Positions 26,723 to 36,736 of a stretch of DNA of 64,000 bases are shown here, one piece after another; the stretch's first letter is position 1, and each line of letters starts with the position of its first letter. The stretch covers positions 32,001 through 96,000 of the forward strand of contig JBGANV010000011.1 in the NCBI GenBank assembly GCA_044222185.1. The letters run 5' to 3'. Origin of the DNA: Planctomycetota bacterium (GTDB taxonomy: Bacteria > Planctomycetota > GCA-002687715 > CAIWVZ01). The notes under the pieces were generated by a model. The model ran no database searches, was not told the origin of the DNA, and saw nothing but the letters and a program-made list of their open reading frames with translations. A program made the position numbers and the translations under genes.

Positions 26723-29392
26723 ATGCGAAACGACCGTGTCCACGACGGCGCCCGGCGGCGGATCCTGACACTGGGAGTGCTCATCGTCGCTGCCTGGAGT
26801 GCGGCGCCGGCATGCAATGCGCAAGTCAACCAGGGAATCATCGAAGCCGCCGTCGTCGTCGGTGGCGTCGACACGGACTTCCGTGCGCTCTCGGACCTCG
26901 ACGGCGATGGACTGAAGGAGGCGGTCAGCGTCGCCTTCCCTGGAACGAACCTCGTGGTGCAGGCCTGGCGCTTCGGCGTGACGCAGCCCACGATCGCGTG
27001 GCAAGTGACGTACCCGAACGTCGCGAACCCGGCCCCGTCGCGCGTGGCCGCGGGCGACTTCGACGGCGACGGACGCGAGGATTTCGCGCTCTCGATCGAC
27101 GGCACCGTGGGATGGTGGCTGTCGAACGGCACCGCCGCGCCCCCGTCGATTCCGTGGATCGTCGTGGCCGGGGGAAGCGTCGTCGGCCTCATCGCCGCCG
27201 ACTTCAACGACGATGGACGCGCCGATCTTGCCGTGCAGACGTCATCCTCGGTCTCGATCTACACCACGCAGGCCGTGGGACCGCCGATCCTCACCGGGAC
27301 GACGGGCGTGCCCGTCATCATCGGGGCGACGCACATGTTCCTGGCGGAGGCGAACACCGATCGGACTCCGGACCTCGCGCTCACGCTCGCGTCCGGCGGC
27401 GTGCAGGTGCGATTGCACGCGGTGACGAATGGCGTGATCGGAAACCCGCAGGTCCTCGGCCCCGTCATCGTGACGAGCCAGGCTCCCACGGGCGCCAGCG
27501 GGGACATCGACGGAGATGGCGATTCGGACATCGTCGTCTTCGCGAACAACTCCCGATCCGTGCTACGCCGAGTCGGACCGACGACCTACTCGATCGAAGC
27601 GTCGCAACCGGCCGGCGCTGCGAGCCTGCTCGCCGACATCGATGGCGACGGAACTCTCGATGGCGTCGGTTACGCGACGACGGCCCCCGCCGGTGCGGCG
27701 ACGACGACGACCGGCGCGCGCTTCGCGCTCCAGCTCAACGCGGGTGGCGGCGCGCTCGGGTTCCCGTTCTCCATCGCAGCGGTCGGTGGAAACACGCTCG
27801 CGGGCGCCACCGACCTGGATGGCGACGGCGACATCGATCTCGTGGGCGGTCGCTGTGTCGACTGGACCGCGCCCGGGTTCCCACAGCCGCCGCACGCGAT
27901 CGGGCTCACCGTCGAGCCGGGAACGATTCCGTTCGACTTCGATCGGGACGGCGACCCGGATCTCGGGTTCGGGTTCACGAACGTCGTGCGGAACGAGGGT
28001 GACAGCACGTTCGTGACGCTCTCCCCGACCATCGCACCGTTGACGCTTCCATCCGGAGGCGCCCTCGCTGGGACCGGCCTCGCCGGAGATTTCGACGGTG
28101 ACGGCGCCGCCGACATCCTCGTCCGGCGCCTGATCACCGGTCCGCCTCCCCGCCTGCTGCGCAATTCGGGCGGCGGCGGACTCGTCGATGGTGGCGATGC
28201 ATCGGCTCCCGGCACGTCTCCGTTCGAACTCGTTCTGCCCACGTCGCTCACGATCCAGATCCAGGCGACACCGCAAAACGGTCTCGTCGCCGACGTGGAC
28301 GGAGATGGCGACCAGGACATCGTGGTCCGATTCCTCCCGACGACGTCGGTGCCGTCGACCGTCTGCCGTGTGTGGCTGAACGACGGCAACGGGTTCTTCG
28401 CGCCCGGGGTCCAACTCAACGGCGAGTACCCGCTCGCAGCGGCCGACCTGGACGGGGATTCGATCATCGACCTGGTCGTCGCGTCCCAGACGACGGGAAC
28501 GATCTCGGGAGCGCTCCGCTTCCTCCACGGACTCGGCGGAGGCGCATTCGGCGGCGCGACGACGATCGAGCCTGCGTTCGATCTGCGCTCGACGATCGCC
28601 GTCGGCGACGTGGATGGCGACGGCGATCTGGACCTCGGCGTCTCGGCCGCGACGACACTCTCCGTGCGCCTGAACGGCGGCAGCGGAAACTTCACGACGG
28701 CGCTCCTCGGCACCGCCGAGGCACCTTCGGGTACGCCGTTCGGGTCGCCGACGGAGCCGATCCACCGCGCGTTCTTCGCCGACATGAACGGCGATGGGTC
28801 GTTGGATTTCGTCGGCGGCCCGGTCGCTTCGGCCGGCGCGGCGTACGCCTTCGTTCCGGCGACGGCGCCCGGCGTGTTCGGGACGCCCATCGTCCAACCG
28901 CTCGACGTCCGGATCGTCGCGGACTTCGATGGTGACGGCGACGTCGACGTCGCAACCGGAGACCAGGTCGGTCTCAATGCGCGATACGTCCACGGATTGG
29001 GTGGCGTGCGGTCGCAGCATGGTTCCGCCCTCGCGGGAAGCGCTGGATTCGTGCCCGTTCTCGGGGACGTGGGCCCGTTCCGCGTCGGGACGTCCGGCGC
29101 GATCCGAATCACGAACGGATTGGGTGGCGCCCAGGGCTGGCTCGTGCTCGGACTCGCCGAGGTCTCCGTCCCCATTGCCGGTGGAATCCTCCAGGTCTCG
29201 CCCGACATTCTGCTCCCGATCCAACTCGACCATGCAGCTGGCGGCGCGGGTCGAGGGAGTCTGTCGATCCCCTGGACGCTGCCGGCATCGATCGCGGGAT
29301 GGACGCTCCATCACCAGGTGGCGTTGAGTGACGCGGCCGCCCCGTTCGGCGTCTCGTTCACGCGCGTGTTGTCCGTCAACGTGGGGCTCTGA
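26723..29392 (+). CDS. Secreted FG-GAP/VCBS repeat protein with C-terminal beta-rich module
   Basis: Signal peptide, more than 10 D-x-D-G-D-G-x-x-D repeats, C-terminal ...GWTLHHQVALSD...GVSFTRVLSV. Confidence 0.88.
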   Translation: MRNDRVHDGARRRILTLGVLIVAAWSAAPACNAQVNQGIIEAAVVVGGVDTDFRALSDLDGDGLKEAVSVAFPGTNLVVQAWRFGVTQPTIAWQVTYPNVANPAPSRVAAGDFDGDGREDFALSIDGTVGWWLSNGTAAPPSIPWIVVAGGSVVGLIAADFNDDGRADLAVQTSSSVSIYTTQAVGPPILTGTTGVPVIIGATHMFLAEANTDRTPDLALTLASGGVQVRLHAVTNGVIGNPQVLGPVIVTSQAPTGASGDIDGDGDSDIVVFANNSRSVLRRVGPTTYSIEASQPAGAASLLADIDGDGTLDGVGYATTAPAGAATTTTGARFALQLNAGGGALGFPFSIAAVGGNTLAGATDLDGDGDIDLVGGRCVDWTAPGFPQPPHAIGLTVEPGTIPFDFDRDGDPDLGFGFTNVVRNEGDSTFVTLSPTIAPLTLPSGGALAGTGLAGDFDGDGAADILVRRLITGPPPRLLRNSGGGGLVDGGDASAPGTSPFELVLPTSLTIQIQATPQNGLVADVDGDGDQDIVVRFLPTTSVPSTVCRVWLNDGNGFFAPGVQLNGEYPLAAADLDGDSIIDLVVASQTTGTISGALRFLHGLGGGAFGGATTIEPAFDLRSTIAVGDVDGDGDLDLGVSAATTLSVRLNGGSGNFTTALLGTAEAPSGTPFGSPTEPIHRAFFADMNGDGSLDFVGGPVASAGAAYAFVPATAPGVFGTPIVQPLDVRIVADFDGDGDVDVATGDQVGLNARYVHGLGGVRSQHGSALAGSAGFVPVLGDVGPFRVGTSGAIRITNGLGGAQGWLVLGLAEVSVPIAGGILQVSPDILLPIQLDHAAGGAGRGSLSIPWTLPASIAGWTLHHQVALSDAAAPFGVSFTRVLSVNVGL

Positions 29393-29475
29393 GGCCGGAG
29401 TTTCGATCGCACGAAAAGCGCGCGCCGCATCGCCGGCCGCGCACGGATGCGTTGCTTCGAAGGAAGGACCGAATC

Positions 29476-32196
29476 ATGAAGAACCTGATCCGCGCAAGCG
29501 TCCCGAAGGGCACCCGCTCGAGGGCCGGCGTCGCGTTCCTGTTCGCGGGCCTCGTCGTCGTTGGCGCCACCGCCCAGGAGTCCAGAGCGATCTTCGACCT
29601 GCCCATCGCCGTCGCGCCCCCGTCGACCGATTTCCGCGCGCTGGCGGACTGCGACGGTGATGGACGGAAGGAAGCCATCAGCGTCAACTTCCCCAACGCG
29701 TCGACGATCGTCGTGCAGGCTTGGCGCTTTGGAACGGCGGCACCGAGCCTCGGCTGGCAGGCGACGTACTCGGGTTTCACACCGGGCAGTGCGCTCGCGA
29801 CGACGATCGCCGTGGGAGACTTCAACGCGGACGGCCGCGACGACTTCGCGCTATCCGTCGACAACGCCATCGGTTGGTGGTTCTCGAACGGCGCAACGAC
29901 TTCGCCCACCGTTTCGTGGGTGCTGACGCGTCCCTCGAGCATCCGCAGCATGGTCGCTGCCGACTTCGATGGCGACGGACGGGACGACCTCGTGACGCTC
30001 GACGCGACGGACATCGAGTTGTTCGTCACGCCGTCGATCGGGATACCGACCGTGACGACCTCCACGCTGGGCCCGCCCAGCCCGAGCGTCAGCGCGACGC
30101 TGTTCCGCGTCGACGCGAACGGCGACGCGAGTCCCGACTTTGGAATCAGCTACGTCGCGCCCTTCACCAGCACCGTGACCGTGAAGCTCTACCCGGTCAC
30201 CGGCGGCATCATCGGTGCACCGGCGACGATCGCCTCGATCGCGATCCTGGGCTCGGTGCCGGTCCCGGTCCCGGGTGACCTCGATGGCGATGGCGACGAG
30301 GACATCACGATCTTCTCCGTGACGTCGCACGCGACGCTCCGCCGGACGAGTCCGACGTCGTTCACCGTCGAGCCGACCGTCCCAGGCAAGACGGCGTCGG
30401 CCCTGGCAGATGTCGACGGTGACGGACACCGGGACGCCGTCGGGTATCTGGGCACGAACCTCGGTCTGCCTGGTTCCGTGAACGGCGGCACACCGGGGTC
30501 CATCTTCATCCACCGGAACGATGGGGCCGGCAACCTCCTGCCGCCCGAGACCATCGAAGCCATCGGGTGGGCGACGCTCGCGGGAGTCGCCGATCTGGAT
30601 GGCGACGGCGATCAGGACATCGTGGCCGGGCGTTGCGTCCGGTGGACGACGGGCGGTCGCCCGACCCGATCGGACATCAGCGCGTCCGTCACGCAGTATC
30701 CCTGGGTCGTCGACGACGTCGATCGCGACGGCGATCCGGACCTGGGGGTCCGCGTCGAGTTCGGCGGGACCCCAGCCGTCACGACGACGTCGATCGTCCG
30801 CAACGAAGGCGACGGCACCTTCGTCACGGCGGCGGTCACCGCCATCGGAACGACGTCCGGCGTCTACAACGGGCCGGGAATCCAAGGTGACTTCGACGGC
30901 GATGGCGCGGTCGACGTGCTCATCGCCAACGCGGCATCGATCACGGCACCGACCTCGGTCGCGCACCTGCTGCGAAACCTCGGCGGAGGATCGTTCGTCG
31001 ACGTGGGACCTGCAGCGCCTGGGCCCCAGTACCCCTGGCAGGCATTCCAAGTCAACCACTACTACTACGCCCACCGCCTGACGGCCGTCGTCGCGGACGT
31101 CGACCTGGACGGCGACTTGGACGTCGTGCATCGCACCTGGGTCGGCGCGGGCGGGTTCACCGATCCCGAGAGCGTCGTCTGGCTCAACTCCGGCACCGGG
31201 TTCTTCACCACGCTCTCGCCGATCGCAGGTGTCGAGGTGTTGGAGATCGCCGACTTCGACGGCGACCACGTGCCGGATGCGCTCGCCGCCCGCGGCCTCG
31301 GCGGCACGGCGGCGCAGTTGGCGATTCTCCACGGCTACGGGAACGGCACGTTTGCGGCGCCAACGCCATTGCCCATCGGATTCGACACGCGTTTTCGCGT
31401 GGGTGTGGCGGACGTCGACGGCGACGGGGACATGGACGTCGGGGTCGCCAACCCGCTGATGCTCCTTCGCAACCAGGGCAACGGCACGTTCCAGCAGACG
31501 ACGCTCGCGGCGACGCTGGCCGTCCCGCCGTCGAGCACGAACTACTCGCTTCCGCCGGTGACGCTGAACCAGGCGTTCTTCATCGACGCGAACGGTGACG
31601 GAATGCTCGACCTCGTCGGAGGTCCGCTGGCCGAAGCGCCCGGCGCCATGGGGATCTGCCTCGCGACGGCGCCGGGCAACTTCGCACCGCCGATCATTCA
31701 GCCCGTCATCGCCACGTCCTTCGCCGACATCGACGGCGACGGAGACCTCGATGCGATCACCGTCAACGGCGCCATCATGGGGAACGCCTTCCGTGGACCG
31801 GCTGCGGGACGACGGACTCAGCACGGCGTCGGTCTGGCAGGAACCGCGGGCATCGAGCCCGTGATCGGCGACGAAGGGCCATTCCGGACTGGAATCAACG
31901 GGGCCGTTCGGATCACGAACGGGCTCGGCGGCGCCGCGGGCTGGTTCATCCTCTCGACGGCGACTGCATCCGTGCCCGTTCTCGGCGGACTCTTGCAGGT
32001 CGCGCCCGACGTACTCTTGCCGATCCAACTCGGCGGTATTCCGTGGAGCGCCGGCACGGGATCACTGACGCTGCCGTGGACGATGCCGCCGGGCTTCGAG
32101 GGCTTGACGCTGCATCACCAGGCCGCGCTCCTCGATCCGGGCGCTCCGCAGGGCCTGTCCTTCACGCGCGTCCTCTCGGTCACGATCGGTTCCTGA
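29476..32196 (+). CDS. Secreted FG-GAP/VCBS repeat protein, tandem paralog of 26723-29392
   Basis: ATG 29476 after AGGAAGGA. Collinear with the upstream gene (TDFRAL.D.DGDG.KEA.SV.FP, VQAWRFG, VRNEGD.TFVT, SFTRVLSV). Confidence 0.88.
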   Translation: MKNLIRASVPKGTRSRAGVAFLFAGLVVVGATAQESRAIFDLPIAVAPPSTDFRALADCDGDGRKEAISVNFPNASTIVVQAWRFGTAAPSLGWQATYSGFTPGSALATTIAVGDFNADGRDDFALSVDNAIGWWFSNGATTSPTVSWVLTRPSSIRSMVAADFDGDGRDDLVTLDATDIELFVTPSIGIPTVTTSTLGPPSPSVSATLFRVDANGDASPDFGISYVAPFTSTVTVKLYPVTGGIIGAPATIASIAILGSVPVPVPGDLDGDGDEDITIFSVTSHATLRRTSPTSFTVEPTVPGKTASALADVDGDGHRDAVGYLGTNLGLPGSVNGGTPGSIFIHRNDGAGNLLPPETIEAIGWATLAGVADLDGDGDQDIVAGRCVRWTTGGRPTRSDISASVTQYPWVVDDVDRDGDPDLGVRVEFGGTPAVTTTSIVRNEGDGTFVTAAVTAIGTTSGVYNGPGIQGDFDGDGAVDVLIANAASITAPTSVAHLLRNLGGGSFVDVGPAAPGPQYPWQAFQVNHYYYAHRLTAVVADVDLDGDLDVVHRTWVGAGGFTDPESVVWLNSGTGFFTTLSPIAGVEVLEIADFDGDHVPDALAARGLGGTAAQLAILHGYGNGTFAAPTPLPIGFDTRFRVGVADVDGDGDMDVGVANPLMLLRNQGNGTFQQTTLAATLAVPPSSTNYSLPPVTLNQAFFIDANGDGMLDLVGGPLAEAPGAMGICLATAPGNFAPPIIQPVIATSFADIDGDGDLDAITVNGAIMGNAFRGPAAGRRTQHGVGLAGTAGIEPVIGDEGPFRTGINGAVRITNGLGGAAGWFILSTATASVPVLGGLLQVAPDVLLPIQLGGIPWSAGTGSLTLPWTMPPGFEGLTLHHQAALLDPGAPQGLSFTRVLSVTIGS

Positions 32197-32209
32197 CGCG
32201 CACGACGAA

Positions 32210-32235
32210 CTGCGGGAGCCCGGGGGCTCCCGCAG
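32210..32235. terminator. Perfect 11-bp GC hairpin between convergent genes
   Basis: CTGCGGGAGCC-CGGG-GGCTCCCGCAG. No clear U-tract. Confidence 0.6.
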
Positions 32236-32242
32236 GAGGCGT

Positions 32243-34240
32243 TCAGTAGACCGTGTACTTCACGTGGATCTCCGCGCCCACGTAGGCGCGATGATCCAGC
32301 CAGAACTGGATTCCGCTGGCGGGACCGAAGGGCTTCCACGAGCCGTCGAATTCCAGGTCGACGCCGTTCGACGCCTTGAACGGATCGAGCGGCATCAGCA
32401 CCGGGTCATACATCCACACCTGGAAGTAGGCCCGCATGCCGTGCCACGACGGATCGTTCGGAACCGGGACGATCGTCGCACCGCTCCCGTCCATGGGGAG
32501 GATCGCGATCGGGTTCACGAGCAGGATGTCGTTCGTCGTGACCAGCTGCGCCATCGCCTGGAACCCACCGAGCAGGAAGAACTCGGGGGAACCACCCTGC
32601 AGCGTGAGGTCGTACAGGATCGGCGACGTGTTCTGCGCCACGCTGCGGAACAGCGTCGCGCGGACTTCGGCGAAGCGGCCCTGCACGGCGGCGAAGGCAA
32701 CGTTGTTCGTCACGGCCACGAACGGCTGGAGCGGGAGGCCGAGCAGCGTGTCCGCCGCCCGCACTTCCACGGTGACGCCCGTGCCGAGTGGCTCGTTGCT
32801 CGTCCACCACGCCTTCGTCCAGCTGACGGCGGGCCGTCCACCATCCTGGACGACGGTGAAGGTTCCTTGCGGCGAGGTGCTGCCGATGGCGACGAATCCC
32901 GTCATGTCGCTGTAGTTGTACGGGGCTGCGCCCGCCCCGAGATCGACCACGAGGTCGACGGCACCCACGGGGTAGCCGCCGGTCCCGATCGGACCCGCCG
33001 TGGGATCGATCCGCATGGCGTTGCTCGTGTTGTAGTTCGTGACCCAGACCTTCCCGTTCGAGTCGACGGCGACGCCAGTCGGCCCATCGCCACCCGGCAG
33101 CGCGACGTTGCCGATGAACGTCCCGTCCGTGCGGAGGTGTCCGACCGTGTTGCGATACAGCGAGTGCGCGACCCAGACGTTGCCCAGGCTGTCCACCGCC
33201 ACGCCCTGCGCGTAGTAGTCGCCGTGCGCATAGGTGTTGAGGAGAGTGCCGTCCGGGGCGAGCTCACGAATCACGTTGCCCGACAGGCTCGTCGACCAGA
33301 TGTGAGCCGTCGCCGGGTCGATGCCGAGGCCGTAGTTGTCGGGGTAGTAGAAGCAGTTCGACGTCGTGGTGGCGGTGTCGTAGCGAAGGAGGTTGTTTCC
33401 GTTCGTTCGCGCTGACCACAGCACGCCGCTGCCATCGATCAGTCCGCCGTAGCCGCCGCAGCCCACGTTGAACTGCGTGCCCGGGATCGGGGCGCCGGTG
33501 ACTCCGCTGAGCTTCTCATGGCTCTGGTTTCCGAGGCCACCCACCCACAGGTCGTTGTTGGCATCCACGGCGACCGTGCGCGTGTTCGTACCGCTGACGC
33601 GCGAGTAGATCGTGATCGCCTCGTCTTCCGCCGTCGTCACGCCGCCATGCGTGTCGGCGCCAGCCGCGTTCGTCCACGGCAGGATGTCTGCCAACCCGCG
33701 CGACGTCTTGATGAGCCCGTCGCTGTTGCGGTCGATGCACGTGTTGTAGATGAACGGCGGCGCCAGGTACTGCCCCGCGGGATCAGGCGTGCCGTTCACG
33801 TCGACACGGGTGCCACCGATCACCACTCCGATCCGGATCACGGATCCCTTGGGAACTCCCGCAGAGAACCCGGACTCGTCGCGGTTGGCGACCCAGCAGT
33901 TGCCGAACTTGTCGACCGTCGTGCGCGAAGGGTTGCGCGCCATGCCGGCGGGTGCCGTGAGGTACTCGCCGAGGATCGCACCCGTGTTCACGTCGATGCG
34001 GACGGCAGTACCGCGCGCTGAGCACGCGACGTAGACGAAAGGCAACGGCGTGGTCGCCTGGTTGAGCTGAAGTTGGTCCCCGTTCGGGGAGTCGTGGTTG
34101 ACGTTCAACAACGTCCCTTGATCGAAGTCGGCGTTCGACGTCCAGGTGCGAACGATCGATTGACCGCTCGCAACCGCCGACCCGAAGACCGCGGCAATGG
34201 CGAACGCCGCCGCGAGGCGTGAAAGACTCCTGGTAGACAT
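32243..34240 (-). CDS. Secreted beta-propeller protein (Vgb/NHL-like repeats) with C-terminal beta-rich module
   Basis: ATG 34240 after AAGGAG, signal peptide, repeats GVAVDSLGNVWV/GVAVDSNGKVWV, and NPSRTTVD and YNYSDMTG motifs. Confidence 0.85.
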   Translation of the reverse strand: MSTRSLSRLAAAFAIAAVFGSAVASGQSIVRTWTSNADFDQGTLLNVNHDSPNGDQLQLNQATTPLPFVYVACSARGTAVRIDVNTGAILGEYLTAPAGMARNPSRTTVDKFGNCWVANRDESGFSAGVPKGSVIRIGVVIGGTRVDVNGTPDPAGQYLAPPFIYNTCIDRNSDGLIKTSRGLADILPWTNAAGADTHGGVTTAEDEAITIYSRVSGTNTRTVAVDANNDLWVGGLGNQSHEKLSGVTGAPIPGTQFNVGCGGYGGLIDGSGVLWSARTNGNNLLRYDTATTTSNCFYYPDNYGLGIDPATAHIWSTSLSGNVIRELAPDGTLLNTYAHGDYYAQGVAVDSLGNVWVAHSLYRNTVGHLRTDGTFIGNVALPGGDGPTGVAVDSNGKVWVTNYNTSNAMRIDPTAGPIGTGGYPVGAVDLVVDLGAGAAPYNYSDMTGFVAIGSTSPQGTFTVVQDGGRPAVSWTKAWWTSNEPLGTGVTVEVRAADTLLGLPLQPFVAVTNNVAFAAVQGRFAEVRATLFRSVAQNTSPILYDLTLQGGSPEFFLLGGFQAMAQLVTTNDILLVNPIAILPMDGSGATIVPVPNDPSWHGMRAYFQVWMYDPVLMPLDPFKASNGVDLEFDGSWKPFGPASGIQFWLDHRAYVGAEIHVKYTVY

Positions 34241-34561
34241 GATGGACTCCTTCTGCATCGGCCGGACAGGTCGCCGGCGTCCACGCAAGTGCCACGCGCG
34301 ACGTTCCCACTCTGGCCGCACGGAACATCGCATTCCGACGACCACTTCAAACTGGGCCGAAGGGAGTGGACCCACGCGACGGGAACGCAGGGGCGGCTGG
34401 AAAGCCGGAGTTTCCGACGTCGACCATCTGGAGGCCACGAAACAAAACGTGACGCCTACGCCCCCGTGCGAGTTCACGGCTCCGCGCGTCGGTTTCCGGG
34501 TCGGAGCAGGTCGTCGATCGACGACTCGACCCGCAACAGTCCATCGACACGGTTGGAGTGC

Positions 34562-34603
34562 ACTCTCGCGATCGTCGTGACGCGATCGTCGTGACGCGAG
34601 AGT
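34562..34603. repeat. 14-bp tandem repeat nested in a 9-bp inverted repeat
   Basis: CGCGATCGTCGTGA x2 (34567-34594), bounded by ACTCTCGCG/CGCGAGAGT. Confidence 0.7.
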
Positions 34604-34731
34604 CGCCACGTGGGATCGCCCACGGTCGCGCTCGGGTGCGCGTCAGGACGTGCGCGTCGAAGTCACCTTGACGCGCAAGAAGGCTCGGAGTCCAATCGAC
34701 GTCCGAAAGCACAGGTCTCGGACGAAGCGAC

Positions 34732-35238
34732 ATGACGGAACTCATCCCCATCGGCCGCGACACATCCGGTCATCGCCCGTACTTCGTCCTTGCTGCGGAG
34801 TCTGCGGCACGGCTCCCGCGTCGGATCTTGCTCCCAGGCGGAAGGTTCGACTGCCTGCTCGCGTGGGACGCGACGCATGAGCCCGTGGACGTGATCGCCG
34901 ACCTTGCGCAGCGGATCCTCGAGGCCGGGGCCGAGAGTGTTTGCGCCTGGGGTCCTGACTGCGAGCGCGTCCACGACGTCATCGACGAGGTGATCGTCGG
35001 GGACGGTTCCGGCGCGGGAGCGTGGAGCAAGGACGTCGTGACGACGTGGCATGCTGACGAGGCGCTGTCGGCAGTGATCGATTCCCTCCTGTTCTGGAGC
35101 CCCGCGGCGACGCGAAAGCCGGATCGAGCGCGGTCGGTGTTGGGTGTCGTCATCGGGTCGACGACGTGGCGTGACGAAGTCGTGGACGCATTCTCGGACC
35201 CCGAGGCGTTCGCGGAGCGGATGGCGGGGGACGAGTGA
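34732..35238 (+). CDS. Conserved hypothetical protein
   Basis: Protein-like composition with a motif-like core CAWGPDCERVHDVIDE...VVTTWHADEAL. Function unknown. Confidence 0.75.
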   Translation: MTELIPIGRDTSGHRPYFVLAAESAARLPRRILLPGGRFDCLLAWDATHEPVDVIADLAQRILEAGAESVCAWGPDCERVHDVIDEVIVGDGSGAGAWSKDVVTTWHADEALSAVIDSLLFWSPAATRKPDRARSVLGVVIGSTTWRDEVVDAFSDPEAFAERMAGDE

Positions 35239-35374
35239 ACCGCCCCACGGCGGGCCGCCGCGATGCGTCGATTCGGCGAGCGGCCCAGGGCGCCGGTCGT
35301 CTCGCTCCGATCGTCGACCTTCCAGGCTCGGCGGTCGCGCGGTGCGGAGAATCGCACCGGGCGCGCGGCGCCCG

Positions 35375-36682
35375 TCAGTCGACGTGCGAGAGCTTCGTGA
35401 TGCGACCGGCCGACAGCCAGTCCATCACGTAGATGTTCCCGGCGCCATCGAACGCGGCGGCGTGCGGCGAGATGAACTCGCCATCCCGCCACTCGGAGGG
35501 CGGCACGCCGTTCTGGGCGCGCTTCGCCGGGTCGGGCTGATCGCCCAGGTGGCAGATCACCTTGCCATCGGCTCCGAGGATCGAGACGCGACCGGCGAGA
35601 TCGGCGACGACCAGCTCGGTGCCTCGCGCGCTCATCTTGCACGGGCGGCGAAGCTCCGCCGGCAGGACCGCGATCGGCTTCCCATCGAGAGTGAACGACT
35701 GGATCCGGTGGTTCTCGCGATCGGCGACGAGAAGCACGGGCTCCTTCCCTCGCGTGTCGACGAGGAGACCGTGGGGAGTCTGGAACTTGCCCGGCTCGGA
35801 ACCGGGTCCGCCGAAGCTCGACAGGTACTTGCCCGCCTTGTCGAACCGGTGCACCCAGGACTGTCCATAGCCGTCGGCGACGAAGATCGTGCCGTCCGGT
35901 CCCACGGCGACGCTCGTCGGCCGGAACGTCTCCGCCGACTTGTAGATCTTCGACTCCTGCGGCCAGTCGATGGTGAGGAGGACCTTGCCGTCGAGGGTCG
36001 CCTTGTAGGCCTGATGCCTGCCGTGATGGGCGAGGTACATGACCTCCTGCTCACCTTCGCGAACGATGACCATGCCGTGCAGGCCGCCGGCGAACTCCTT
36101 GCCGAATCCACGCACGAACGTCCCGTCGGGTTTGAACACGAGGATCGCGTTCTCGCCATCGGTGTTGACGTAGACGTTGCCAGCCCCGTCGAACGCGATC
36201 GCACCGTGGGTGTTGCCGTACTTCAACCCCTCCGGAAGGCGCCCCCACCCGGTGACCCAGGTGTAGCGGTGCGTGCCCTCACCGAGCGTGACCGGCGCGG
36301 CCGGCTTCGAATCCTGCGGCGCGAGCCCCTCGAGTTGGGAGAGCATGGTGGCGAGCCGCGCCGTGTCGCTGCCGGCGGCCGCTCGCGCCGCCCGCTCCGC
36401 CTCCGCGACCCAGTACGCGGTCGCCGACCAGGCGCGACGCGCGTTGCAGATCCGCGCCATGGCCCACAGCCGATCGAACCGATCCAGCGGATCCTCCCCC
36501 GCGCCGTGCGGATCGGCGGCCTCGATCTCGACCATCGCCTCCTCGAGATCGGAGCGTGAAAGCGCCGCGATCCCCCGAGCGAGATGGATGGCTTCCTCGC
36601 CGTGATGGTGTGGCGCGGCGGGCCGAGGCGAGAGCACGAGGAGGGAGACGATCGTCAGGACGACGGGCGAGGTGGGACTCAT
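35375..36682 (-). CDS. Secreted NHL-repeat beta-propeller (PAL/amidating lyase-like) with helical N-terminal extension
   Basis: PTSVAVGPDGTIFVADGYG, FQTPHG, VADRENHRIQ, FISPHAAAFDGAGNIYV. Signal peptide. Confidence 0.87.
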   Translation of the reverse strand: MSPTSPVVLTIVSLLVLSPRPAAPHHHGEEAIHLARGIAALSRSDLEEAMVEIEAADPHGAGEDPLDRFDRLWAMARICNARRAWSATAYWVAEAERAARAAAGSDTARLATMLSQLEGLAPQDSKPAAPVTLGEGTHRYTWVTGWGRLPEGLKYGNTHGAIAFDGAGNVYVNTDGENAILVFKPDGTFVRGFGKEFAGGLHGMVIVREGEQEVMYLAHHGRHQAYKATLDGKVLLTIDWPQESKIYKSAETFRPTSVAVGPDGTIFVADGYGQSWVHRFDKAGKYLSSFGGPGSEPGKFQTPHGLLVDTRGKEPVLLVADRENHRIQSFTLDGKPIAVLPAELRRPCKMSARGTELVVADLAGRVSILGADGKVICHLGDQPDPAKRAQNGVPPSEWRDGEFISPHAAAFDGAGNIYVMDWLSAGRITKLSHVD

Positions 36683-36736
36683 GGGCGGGATTATGCACCA
36701 ACCGCCGCCGCGCGGCTCACCCCCGTGAAATGGCGC

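Noticed and set aside
26723-32196. Recurrent GACGGCGACGGC-type DNA repeats suggesting a CRISPR or repeat array
   Set aside because: They are codons of DxDGDG FG-GAP motifs inside ORFs, with irregular spacing and no spacer structure.
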